Part shown: positions 25,641 through 37,768 of the stretch, piece after piece
How the letters are laid out: each line of letters starts with the position of its first letter
Position numbering within the stretch: the first letter of the stretch is position 1
Assembly (NCBI RefSeq): GCF_963921235.1
Contig: NC_086097.1
Span: 212,848,001-212,912,000, forward strand
Direction of reading: 5' to 3'
DNA length: 64,000 bases
Source: Mobula hypostoma
Taxonomy: Eukaryota
The notes under the pieces: generated by a model
Databases searched by the model: none
Seen by the model: only the letters and a program-made list of their open reading frames with translations
What the model was told of the DNA's origin: nothing
Position numbers and translations under genes: made by a program

Positions 25641-26218
25641 GAGACTTGTTCAAGCATACTGAACTTCTAGAGTTCAGTTAAAAGGTCCGTATAACATTAC
25701 TCCGAAAGAATACACTTCCTGGCAAAATAAGCTTGTTCATATTCTTAGTTCAGCAAGCAAGTGAGCTTACACAAGTGTAAAACAGGAACCATTATAGATT
25801 TGCAGACTAAAATATATTTAGTTGAAATTGGTAACAACATGCAGAGCTCACACTAATCTTTGCTGAACAAGAATTTTGTCTAAACAATGGACCACATGAT
25901 TATGTTGTGTCTGATCTGGATCCGCTGCCTAATCCTGGGCCAAGCAGTTCAAATGTTGATTCAATCTCAAAAACTGTAATGGGATCAGTTAGACTCAAGA
26001 ACTGCTTCAAGATTAGATTTATAATTCGTGTTCATCAAATGTGTTCACTTATATTTTTACTCACTATTCAAAAGAAAGGGTAGCAATGTCGAATACCTTT
26101 AAACGTGAACATCAGTATATCTATGTGTGTGTTCATAGTGTGATTCCGATTGACAGGAGAGTTCTTCAGAGTATTTCCTTCTAAGTAAAGCAATATTGTA
26201 ATAAACTGTACTGGGACA

Positions 26219-26707
26219 ACATTCCTGTTCCAAATGTGGTGGTCCATGGCCTCCTTTGGTGCCAAGCTGATGCCACCCTCAGGGTGGAGGAGCAACACTT
26301 TATATTCCACCTGGCTACCCTCCAACCTGATGACAAGAATATCAATTTCTACTCCTGGTAAAGATATCGCCCCCCCCCCCCACCATCCTCTAAACCCCAT
26401 TCTGATCCTTTACATCTCCTCACTTGCCTATTATTTCCCCTGGGTCCTCTCCTTCTTTCCTTTCTCCCATGGTCCACAGTCCTCTCCTATCAGATTCTTT
26501 CTTCTCCAGCCCTTGACCTTTCCCACCCACCTGGCTTCACCTATCACCTTCCAGCTAATCTCCTTTCTTCTCCCCCACCCTTATTATTCTGGCATCTTCC
26601 CATTCCTTCTCAGTCCTATAGAGTCTCAGCCCGAAACATTGACTGTTTATTCTTTCTGGTAGATCTATCTGATCGGCTGAGGGCCTCCAGCATTTTGTGT
26701 GTGTTGC
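26219..26707 (+). mobile_element. Penelope-like 3' fragment with pLTR
   Basis: LRVEEQHFIFHLATLQPD; TSD CTGGGACA at 26211-26218 and 26708-26715. Confidence 0.85.
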
Positions 26708-28504
26708 CTGGGACATTTTGGTTACCATCTTAAACTCTTACCATGAAAATAGGTTAAGTGTGCTCATAGCAAATAGATGATCTTGTTCGATATGTGTCTC
26801 AATAGATTTGTAAAGACATTATAACAAATATGCAGAAGGCAGATATTAAAATTCATGGATAAGATAAGATTTCACTTTGCTTTTGGGAATTGAAGATTCA
26901 ATAGTGTGCTTGTTTTAGTAAATTATAGCAAGTGACAAAAAGGTCAAAATTATTCCAGAAATTAATTATGTAGAACTTTCAGTATAGATGAAACACATAA
27001 GTCCTCAATGTAAAATTTAAAACTTGAACTTTGGTTTAATCTTCGTTTCTGATTTCAAAACTCAGAGCTGCTAACATATTTAAAAACTAATACTTCAGTT
27101 GCACTTACATCAAGCCAATAAATTAACGTTGCAAGATTTTAAAATGTCTGTGCCAATGCACTGGGCTGTTCAAGTTCTACAGAAAGCAACATGTATATAA
27201 AACACAATAATGTACAACGTCCTGCACATTGCCATTCTGAGGAGCTCAATTAAATCTCTGGCCTTTGCTTAACTGGTTAAGTGGCTATGAAAATACTTCA
27301 GAGGTTCAAGTTGAATATTAATGCAAGTGAGTCTTGATTGACCAAACATCATTAATGTCAATGTAACTCTATGGAACAAATTTAATAAGTAGAAATCTTA
27401 AAAAAATACTATTTTAATTCTTTTACATTAAAATAAATAAAATCCTTATTTCTAAAAGCGGAAAACATCCCCACAGATTGCATCAGAAATATTCAGAACA
27501 TGAAATACCACTTGTTAATAGTAGGAAAATATTTCCAACACAATCTGAACTCTTGAGTGCCCCACACTTGAGTATTAGTCATATCAGTCTTAGTCCACTA
27601 ATGGAAGCAAAAGATTAACCATGCACAAAAGGATTCCTAATATATGATGTGATTACCCGGAAATAATGGACTTATATTGTTAAAACTAGTAGACTTGAAC
27701 AGATGAAATGTGATTTTCAATTTGATAAAAATAATGCATTACCATTTTTCATAAAATTCCAAGATGCTTTTTGACATTTTTTGTGCAAGTAAAATGTATT
27801 TATGATGAAGAGTTCGACTGTAGTTTGTTATAAGATTTCGTAGTTTATTTTACAAGATTTTCAAGAGTTTCCTTTGCAGCTTTTAAAATAGTAGTTGTGT
27901 TGTTTATGACCAACAGCTCCGATGGTCAAATTATTGAGATAGATCTTTTTTTCTGTCAGATGCCATAAGAATTGCTGGACATTGATAACAGTGTGATCAC
28001 TTGCTAACATAATGACATTCAACAGTCCCTTGATAATCATTACCAGAACACCCAAAGTGCAGACAGAAAATGATTAGCATTGAACGAACGATAAATATAC
28101 TTCACATATACTTGCCCATGCCAGTGAAGAATAAAAACAGAACTATTTCAGTCTTTTGGATTTACTGCTTACATATTGGCTAGGAAACAACTTTAAGTAA
28201 ATAGGTAATTTCTTTGGCATGGCTAAATAAATCAGAAATTCAAGTGTAAAACACATCAGATTAAACATGAAGGTTTTGATGAAAGGTCCATGAAACACCA
28301 AATATTTCTCTTCACACTGATGCTGCCTGCTGTGTTGAACTTTTCCAGAATTTTCACTTTTTATTTCAAATATTCACCATTTTTGTATTAATACATTCTA
28401 ATCCATTTAAGTTTGCTAGAGTCTAGAGGGGACTAGAGGAAAGAGAGAAATAATCATTTTTGATACAGATCTATATATAGATAGGTAGATACGGATATCA
28501 ATAA

Positions 28505-29410
28505 GTTTCAAAGAGTACAGACAAAGTTTGCAAGGGTGTACCCAGGACGTGAGAACCTGAGCTCCAGGGAAAGGTTGAATGGATTACAGATTTATTTTCT
28601 GGACCATTGGAAAATGAGCGAAGATTTGACAGAGATACATAAAATTATGCGGGCGTAGATAGGTAAATACAAGCAGGTTTTTTCCCACTGAGGTTGGGTG
28701 AGATTAGAGCTAATGATAGGTTAAGGATGAAAGGTGAAATGTTCAAAGGGAATAATAGGGTGAACTTGTTTACTCGAGAGGGCAAGAGTGTGGAATGAGC
28801 TACCTGCCCAAGTATTGGATGCGGATTCGATTTCAATATTTAAGAGAAGTTTGGATGAGTACATGGACGGGGGTGGGGAGGGGTATTATGGGTGTTGGAT
28901 TCCAATGCTCTTCATCCACGGTTATTTTGGAAGTCGGGAAAGAGGCTCAAAACTTCTCGATCATTTTATTAACAAAGGACAAAGGAAGATGAAAACAAAC
29001 AGTGATAGAGGTCTTGTAAGTGGAGAGAGCGAGAGGCAAAAGAAAAAAAAGAAGCATTGCTTCATGGTCAGCTCTTTTTATATACATAGATAAGAAACAT
29101 TCCATTCAAATTTGCAGATAAAAGTTCGCCAGCCAGATAGCACCTATTCAAATAATGCAGCACTAGAGAAGCTTCTAGAATACACTGAACAATTGCATGT
29201 ACATAATGTAGCCACTGGTAAACATATTAAACAGTTATATTTATATATAAAATACAAACATAATTAATTGTTAAACTGCAAAGAAAATAACAACTAAAAA
29301 GTCTAATCCAACAGGTGTACGTTGATGGGTCTAGGTAGAGTAATAGTTTGGTACAGACTAGATGGGCCAAATGGCCTGTTTCTGTGCTGTAGTACTCTAT
29401 GATTCTATGT
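28505..29410 (+). mobile_element. CR1 3' fragment split by a solo LTR
   Basis: WNELPAQV..FKRSLDEYM; 3' UTR resumes at 29314 with a CTATGATTCTATG tail. Confidence 0.8.
28893..29313 (-). mobile_element. Solo LTR (421 bp)
   Basis: Termini TGTTGGATT...AATCCAACA (9-bp inverted repeat); TATA-like and AATAAA on the minus strand; TSD not clean. Confidence 0.75.
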
Positions 29411-30337
29411 CTCTAATCAATGTTTAAGTAAGGGGGAATAGAAATCTTAGTAAAAGAGCATACTCCTTGACGGTCTGACAGGAAAAATGCTCATAACTTC
29501 CAAATTTATGGAGTTTTAGACTACAAGTAGAATCTCAAAACTGAGAGAGAAATACATTCATCTCACTCCTTCCTCCAGAGACAACTAGGGAAATCAATAT
29601 TCCAATGAGATGATGGTGACCTTCCCTAATCTGGTTCTTCATTGAATTCTGTCATGTGCAACTTGACCTCTCTGTCACCCCATTTGAAGTTCGGAAGCTG
29701 GGTTATAAAGAGAAATAAAACAATATTTTAATCCAAGACTGTTCATGAATAATTCAAACAGAAATTATCCAAATGGTCCAACTCATCGACAGCAACTTCT
29801 TGTGCTTCTTTCAGCATGCATTCTTTGCTCGCACAAAACCCATACGATTAATGCAAATGCTCTCTTTGTCACAATAATCAATAGGGCCCCACTGGAATGG
29901 ACTTGCCTCCAAGCCCAGAGTTGTGCTTTCAGAGGTTGAGTTCTCTAATCCTGATATAGTGTATTTCAAATGGCCAGGTCTCCAGTATCTTTGTTGATAT
30001 TGACTTGATATTTCTTCAGTATCAATAAGTATGTCTTCATTTTGCACTCCCTGGTGGCTAAATAACTCAATGTGTCAACAATGACATAGTTTTAAGTCTT
30101 TATTTAAATCTTTATCTGAATGTATCCATTCACAATCTTATTCATACTTGCTTTGATACAGGATCCTCTGCATGGCTGTGGCTGTATCTACTACTGCCAC
30201 AGGTGAATCATTTACAACTTGTAGAGTGCGAATTTTGCTTTGTTTTTTCACTTTGTCTTCATATCCTGTAGCTTTCAGAAGGTGTCCACTATTATACTTT
30301 AAACTCCAAGCCACATTGAGACAAAATGTTAGCCTCG

Positions 30338-31700
30338 CAAAACATGAGAAATTCTGCAAGTGCTGAAAATCCACACAGCACAAACAAAGTGCTGAAGGAA
30401 CTCAGCAGATCAGGCAGCATCTATGGAAATGAATAAATGAATGTTTCGGGCCTTCTTCGGGACTGGAAAGAGAAGTAGGAAGATTTCAGAATAAAAAGGT
30501 CGTAGAGGGGAAGGAGGGTAGCTGGGAAGTGATGGGTGAGGCCAGGTGGATGGGAAAGGTAAAGGTCTGGAGAGGAAGGAATCAGATAGGAGAGGAGAGT
30601 AGACCATAGGCGAAAGGAAGGAGGAGAGGACCCAGGAGAAAGCGAGTGAGTAGAGGTAAGGGGCCACTCTGGGGAATAGAAGAAGAGGGGAAGGAGAAGG
30701 AATTTTTTTTACTGGAAGGAGAAATCTTTATTCATGCCATCAGGTTGAAGGCGACCCAGCTGCAATATTAGGTATTGCACCTCCAATCTGAGGGTAGCTT
30801 CATCATTGCACAAGAGGAGGCCACGGACCGACATGTCAGAACAGGATTGGAAATCAGAATTAAAATGTTTGCCCTCCAGGAAGTTCCACTTTTGGCGGAG
30901 GTGCTCAATGAAGTGATCCCCCAATTTACGAGGGGATAAATGCCTGGAGGGAGATTAGTGGAGAGGAACGAATGGACAAGGGAATCACAGAGGGAGCAAT
31001 CTTTGAGGAAAGGGGAGACAGGGGGAGGTAAGGATATGTTTGGTGGTAGGATCCCTTTGGAAATGGTAGAAGTTGCAGAGAATAATGGGTTTGATGTGAA
31101 GGCTGATGGGGTGGTAGGTCAAGGACAAGAGGAAGTCGATCACTGTTAAGGCGGTGGGAAGATAGGGTGAACACGGATGTCGAGATGTATGTGTGCAAGG
31201 GCAACATCAATGATAGAGGAAGGGAAACCTCGCTCTTTGAAAAGGAGGACACTTCTGACATCTTGGAAAAGAAAGCCACGTCCTGGGACCAGATACAGTG
31301 GAGACAAAGGAACTGAGAAAAGGGAAAAGCATTTTTACAGGAGGCAGTGTGGAAAGAGGTATAGTCAAGATAACCATGGGAATTGGTAGGTTTATAATTG
31401 ATATCGTTCAGCAATTACTCTCCAGAAAGGGAGAATGAGAGCTCAAGAAAGGGTAGGGATGTGTCAGAGATGGGCCAAGTGAATTGTAGGTCAGGGTGGA
31501 AGTTGGAGGCTAAGTTGATGAAATTAACAATCTCAGCATGGGTGCACGAAGCAAAACCAATGTAGTCATCAATGTGGCAGAGCAAGAGTTGGGGAAGGCT
31601 TGGAACATGGACTGTTCTGTGGAGCCTTTGAAAAGGGGCACATGTGAGTTCCCAAGACTACCCCTTGAGTCTGGAGAATGTGAAGCCAAAGAAGAAATTG
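30338..31700 (-). mobile_element. Penelope-like element, longest remnant in the window
   Basis: YKPTNSHGYLDYTSFH..CKNAFPFSQFL (RT C-terminus), DRLPLVL, GDHFIEHLR..HFNS, then pLTR. Confidence 0.85.
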
Positions 31701-31704
31701 TTGA

Positions 31705-31953
31705 AATCCTAAGAGATCAGGAGTTTCTGAGATACTCAAACCAGCCAGTGTGGCACCAAAAATCATTCCATGGTCAAAATCAGTTAGATCACATTTCTTC
31801 CCCATTATGATGCTTGGTCTGAACATCAACTGAACTTCTTGATCATGTCTGCATGCATTTTTGCATTGAGTTGCTGTCACATGATTGACTGGTTAGTTAT
31901 TCACATTACAATCAGGTGTACCTAATAAAGTAATAAAGTGCCTCCGGAGTGTA
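31705..31953 (-). mobile_element. Tc1-like DNA transposon end with transposase N-terminus
   Basis: MGKKCDLTDFDHGMIFGA..AGLSISET.DLLGF; terminal AGGTGTACCTAATAAAG...GAGTG-TA. Confidence 0.85.
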
Positions 31954-32164
31954 GTTGCACAGTCATTCAACTAAAATTGAAAAGAAGAGAATAGTGTTTT
32001 TATCTGGAGAGCAATAATTTAGCAAATACAGAATAACATCTGATCTCAGACTCTCATTTCAACAAAATGTTTATTAATAATGTCTATCTTCATAAAGTTT
32101 GAGAACCCCATCTCCTATGCTTCACCAGAGAAAGTAACTGGAATCTAGAAGAATGAGAAATGTG

Positions 32165-32299
32165 TTACTCTTTTGTATTACTTGGTGAGGATGGTGAGGA
32201 TGGTGAGGTATGGGGAGGAGGTGGGACTGGTGGGTATAGAAACGGAGGAGGTACAGGAATGAATTGTTCGTGTGAAAAGATGAAGATTTTATTTTCTGG
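32165..32299 (-). CDS. Candidate terminal exon of an unidentified host gene (Pro/Ser-rich C-terminus)
   Basis: Branch-like CTAAC and acceptor CCTTCCAACAG|; frame PENKIFIFSHEQFIPVPPPFLYPPVPPPPHTSPSSPSSPSNTKE*; AATAAA (minus) at 32070-32075. Confidence 0.45.
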   Translation of the reverse strand, partial: PENKIFIFSHEQFIPVPPPFLYPPVPPPPHTSPSSPSSPSNTKE

Positions 32300-32595
32300 C
32301 TGTTGGAAGGACTTAGTTCAAGTTAGGCAGAAGAGGATTATGAAGTGAGTATTAGGAACAAGTCTGTGCCTTTCATAACCTCATGATACGTTGGTTGAAG
32401 AGGGTGGCTTCTATTGTTACAATGTGCCTTGGTAAACACATTGTATTTCTCTTCCTCCTTATCCTAATCCAAAGCAAAGATCAAACTTCAAAGTAAATTT
32501 ATTATCAAAGTACATATATGTTACCATATACATCCTAGAGATTCTTTTCAAAATTCAAATGACAAATAAAGGAAAAAAAAACATGAAAGAATGCA

Positions 32596-32762
32596 ACATA
32601 CACAAAATGCTGGAGGAACTCAGCAGGCCAGACAGCATCCATGGAAAAAAGTACGATCGACATTTCGGGCCAAAACCCTATAGCTGCTGCCTGGCCTGCT
32701 GAGTTCCGCCAGCATTTTGTGTATGGTTCGGATTTCCAGCATCTGCAGATTTTCTCTTGTTT
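32596..32762. mobile_element. Fold-back pLTR insertion
   Basis: Minus arm followed by plus arm; TSD ATGAAAGAATGCA at 32583-32595 and 32763-32775. Confidence 0.9.
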
Positions 32763-33029
32763 ATGAAAGAATGCACACAGGTTCACAGTTTTAAAAGTAT
32801 TTGCTATCAAGCAAGGATTGTAGCTATTGAAGAATTGATTGTTACCCAATTTTCTGCACCATTACACACGTCTATGCCCATATATCAAATACCAGTCATC
32901 AGGATGAAAATTAGACACTGTTACCTTCATGATATAAACTCCAGCAATCATGAGATTATGTATTCACTAAATTAAATGTTATGTGCTGCCGAGTGATGAT
33001 TTTTAACATTCACATTTTGTCCTTTTCTC

Positions 33030-35761
33030 GCTGGCAACAGTGAGAAGAGAGCATGTCCTCGGTGGTGGGTTCCCTGTTGATGGATTCTGCTTTCCTGCGA
33101 TGGCATTTCATGCAGATGTGCTCAATGGCTGGGAGAGTTTCACCCACTACTTATTCACTATTTTTTGTAGAATTTTTCTTTCAAAGGCATTGGTATTACC
33201 ATACAAAGCTGTGATGCAGCCTGTCAATATGTTCTCCACTACACATCTATAGAAGTTTGTCAAAATTTCAGATGTCATGCTGAATCTCTGGAAACTCCTA
33301 AGGAAGTAGAGGTGCTGCCATGCTTTGTTCATAATTGTACTTACTTGCTGGGCCCAGCACATGTCCTCTGAAGTAATAACACCTAGGAATTTAAAGTTGC
33401 TAACCATGTCCACCTCTGATCTTCTGATAAGGACTGGTTCATGGACCTCCGGTTTCCTTCTGAAGTCTATTATCAATTCTTTGTCTTGCTGACATTGAGT
33501 GAGAGGTTGTTGTTATGATACACTCAGCCAGATTTCAATCTCTTGCTTGTATACTGATTCATCACCATCTTTGATTTGACCAGTGACAGTGGTGTTGTCA
33601 GCAAACTTGAATATGGCATTGGAACTGTGCTTAGCCTCACAGTCATAAATGTAAAGCAAGTAGAGAGAGAGGGCTGAGCACACAGCCTTGTGGTGCACCT
33701 GTGCTGATGGAGATTGTGGAGGAGATGTTGTTGCCAATCCAAACTGACTGCAGTCTACAAGTGAGGAAATCCAGGATCCAATTGCACAAGGAGATATTGA
33801 AGCCAGGATCTTGGAACTTATTGATTAGTTTTGAGGAGATGATGGTTTTAAATGTTGAGCTGTAGCTGATTGAGAGCATCCTGATGTATGCATCCTTGCT
33901 GACCAGATGTTCCAGGATTGAGTGAAGAGCCAGTGAGATGGCATCTGCTGTGGACCTGCTGCTCCAGTAGGCAAATTGGAGTGGATCTAAATCACTTCTC
34001 AGGCAGAAGTTTATATGCTTCATCACCAACCTCTCCAAATCCTTCATTACTGTGAATGTACAGTGAGTACAACTGGGTGATAGTCATTAAGGGAGATCAC
34101 AACTCTCTCCTCGGGCACCGGTGTACTTGAAGCCTGCTTGAAGCAAGTGGATACAACACACTGCCAAAGTGAGAGGATAAAGATCTCAGTGAACACACTA
34201 GCCAGTTGATCAGCAGAGGTCTGTAGCACATGGCCAGGTACCCCATCCAAGCCGAGTGCTTTTCATGGGCTCACCCTCTTGCAGGCAGCTCACACATCAG
34301 CTTCAGAGACTGAAATCATAGGATCATCGAGGGATGTGGGAGTTTGTGATGGTTCCTCCATGTTCTGATGGTAAATATGAGCACAGAAGGTATTGAGCTC
34401 ATCTGGAAGTGAAGCTCTGCTTTCCCCTTGTCACTTGACTCAGCTTTATAAGAGGTGATATTATTCAAGCTCTGTCATAACCACCAAGCATCCTTTGTTG
34501 ATTCAAGTTTGGTCCAGAATTTCCACTTTGCCCAAGAGATCATCCTGGAGCTCTTGTCGCTTTCTTGGTCACTAGACTTGAATGCCTCTGTTCAGGATCT
34601 CAGCAGATTTAGGACCTCATTGTTCATCCAGGGCTTCTGACTGGGGAAGATTCTGAAAGATTTAGTGGGGGCACACCCATTTACAGCTGATTTAATAAAG
34701 TCCGTTACAGCCATGGTATATTAATTCAGATCACTATATGAGTGCTTGAACACGGCTCAGTCCACTAACTTGAAGCAATCCCATAGCTGTTCCTCTGTCT
34801 CATGAGACCAACTCTTTGTTGTCCTAATCTCTGGAGTTTTGCTCTTTAGCCACTACCTGTATGCAGGGAGAAGTATGACAGCCAAGTGATCTGATTTACT
34901 GCAATGTGTTCTGGGCATTCCTTATCTTAGCATAGTAGTGGTCTAGTATATTGGGACCTTTGGTGCTACAGGTTATATGCTGGTGGTAATTGGGCAGGAT
35001 TTTCTTCAAACAAGCCTGGTTGACATTTCCAACAATGATTTCAAATGTGTTGGATGGACTGTTCATTATTTAGAGAGAGCATCATGCAGTAGCCCGAGCA
35101 CATAGTTATAGTCGGCCGCTGTTGGTATGTAAACCGCAATCAGGATTACAGAGGAGAACTCCCTGGGTAAATAAAATGGGTGGCATTTGACCATTCAAGG
35201 TCAGGAGATCACGAGTTTAACGAAACTACCACATTGGAGTACCAATGGAAGTTTATTATAAAACACACACCTCCTCCTTTGCCTTTCTCGTTTGGTCCGT
35301 TCCGTAAATGAAGAAGTCTTCAGGCTTGATCGCTGTATCTGGTGTGCCTGGAGGAAGCCATGTTTCAATCAAGCATACAATGGAATGGGTCCTCAGTTCT
35401 CTCTGATACAGCAATCTCGCCCCTAGGTCCTCAATTTTGTTCTCCAACAACTGTATATTTGCCAACAGGATGTTGCGTAGAGAAGGCCTCATCCCTTTAA
35501 GTTTCAGCCTGCCTTGAAGTCCACCCTTTCTACTTTGCTTTCGGCCATGCCAATGTAGCTTCGACCTTTTAATGGTGCCATGTCTGCCTGATCTCTCATA
35601 AGATCTGAAGATCATTCAGTTGATTTAAAAGTCCATTGCTTAAAGGGAAGTTACATGCTGCAGATTGCAGTGACAGTAATTCAAAAGAAGTATGTTTAAA
35701 AGAATTTTTAGAACAATTTTCTCCAGGCACAGAATGCCAGAATGCACCAGTGCCATCTTGG
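33030..35761 (-). mobile_element. Near full-length decayed Rex1/Babar-type LINE (probable 3' tail at 32480-32550)
   Basis: 5' [85 protein letters not shown]. Confidence 0.92.
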
Positions 35762-36209
35762 TAATAATATTTTCACAAATGCTGCTTGATCTGATGAATT
35801 TTCTCATAATTTTCTAAATTTGTATCTGATTTCCAGATCCTGCAAATTCTTCCTGCTGTTTGCAAAAGGAAGTAATTGATTTGAGTTAATTAACATCATT
35901 TAAAAAATAAGAGCTGTAATTATATTCCAATGAAATAGAATTACACAGCTTGAAGACAGGAAGGAAATTTATATTGCATGGATAAGGGTAAGTGGTATCT
36001 GTGATAGAATAATTGTACACTGCCTGTAGCTTGAGAGATTTTACTGTTATTATCTTGCTATGACTGATCTTATACCTTTGAGTGGCCTTTTCTTTGACCC
36101 TGATGGAATTTTTATTCATCATTGTCCAAGTCCTGGAATTGATTCAGATGCAGACAGTAAAGACAAGTTGGACGTAAATATTGATATGATTGGCATGGAA
36201 TATGAATGG

Positions 36210-36315
36210 AACACACTGAAAATGCTGTGGGGTGGGGTGCTCAGCAGGTCAGGCAGCATCTAGGGAGGAGAATAGATGGTCAACTTTTCAGGCTGAGACC
36301 ATTCACTAGGACTGA
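36210..36315 (-). mobile_element. Degenerate pLTR
   Basis: CTCAGCAGGTCAGGCAGCATCT..TTTCAGGCTGAGACC. Confidence 0.7.
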
Positions 36316-36924
36316 TGGTACTGGTGGTTCATGTTTGCAAGCTTTTCTATTTTCTGCCATTGGAAGGGGGCAGAAGAATGAAAGGAGGTTTTGCGGAGGC
36401 AGTGGGAGGTGTAGACAGAGTCTATGGAGGGAGGCTGGTTTTCATGATCGACTGGAGTATGTTCATTAATCTTCTCAATTTCTTGCGTCATGGGCAGGGC
36501 AGTTGCCATACCAACGCATCCATATAACATTATAGAATTCCAACAACTGTTCTGTGAATCTTGCAATTGAAAGCCAAGATCTTTATTGGGTTTGTCTTTT
36601 ATATTTATTATACTCTGCATTTTACTTTATATTTTCTCACACAATGTTATCTTTAAAAAAAAATGCTTTTCTTCCTAAAAAGAAAAGACAATGCTTTTCT
36701 TACTTAATATTTTGACTCTGAGACTAACCCCTTGAACTTTGCTGAAAACCACATTCCAGTCAACATGATGTCTTAACCTCAGACATTTGATTTTGGCATT
36801 AAATGGCGGAATCACAATCCGGTTTAATATCTTTGGCATGCAGTATGTTGTGAAATTTGTTGTTTTGCAGCAGCAGTGCAGTTTTATATCACCCCTTATG
36901 GGTAGTGTATGAGTATTTTCCCTC

Positions 36925-37200
36925 AATTTCAGATCCTCTGCCAGAGGCTTCAGTGCAGTATCCTTGCTGTTCCTAGTAGTACACTCTTCCGGACGCAGAT
37001 CTCAGATGTTGTTCCCGGGATTTCCCGGCCACTCTCCCAGTCCAGGTGTCACAGCTCCAAGTGCTCCTATCACCACCAGGATTACTCTGGCTTTAACCTT
37101 CCACATCTTTTCTATCTGCTCTTTCAATCCCTGGTATTTCTCCAGTTTCTCATATGCTTTCTTCTGTTCCTTGTCCAGTATTACTATATATGGTTTCCTT
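36925..37200 (-). mobile_element. R4/Rex6-like restriction-like-endonuclease LINE C-terminal fragment
   Basis: EKLEKYQGLKEQIEKMWKVKARVILVVIGALGAVTP..IPGTTSEICVRKSVLLGTARIL. Confidence 0.8.
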
Positions 37201-37768
37201 AGGTTGTTAGAGCTGGGAATGGTAATGGTAATAGGGACAATCTACCTATTAAATACTCCCAATGGCGTGTGCCTCAAGTAGCCTCTGACAACCAAGTCCA
37301 GCTCTTGGTCTTCACGTGTGGCTTAGCTATTAAGCCTGGTGGAACCGTTTCTACTGACAGGAGAAAGGGGCAACAGTGGGTTACTCGCTCCTTAAAACCA
37401 GTTGCTTTGGGCAGAGGGGGCTCGTTAGCTGTGGTTGGCAGCTTGTCTAGGAGAAGGAAAAATCTGATCTCAAACCTCCGCTGCCTTGTGGAAAGGCTAC
37501 AGGAGTAAACCCCGAGGGAAAGGTCTGGAGCTGGAGTCCCTAAGACAGTCCTACACAGAGTTCAATGCTGACTGGCAACTCCTGCTGGTGCCAAATTGTA
37601 TCGGTCTCTGCCGTTCCTTTGGGTTCATCAGATGCATGGAGAGGGGGAGCTTGCTACATGGGCAACAGCCTGCTCTCCATATCGTGCTGCTCAGGCTTGC
37701 ATATCTAGGCAGCTAGGACACAGTATCCATGGTCAACTCTGACCAACGGAGGCGCTCACTCACTCACA
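37201..37768 (+). mobile_element. Non-autonomous RTE-related element with (CTCA)n tail
   Basis: RTE-like 5' UTR blocks (TCTAGGAGAAGGAAAA..TCAAACCTC); GC-rich; CTCACTCACTCA end. Confidence 0.6.
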
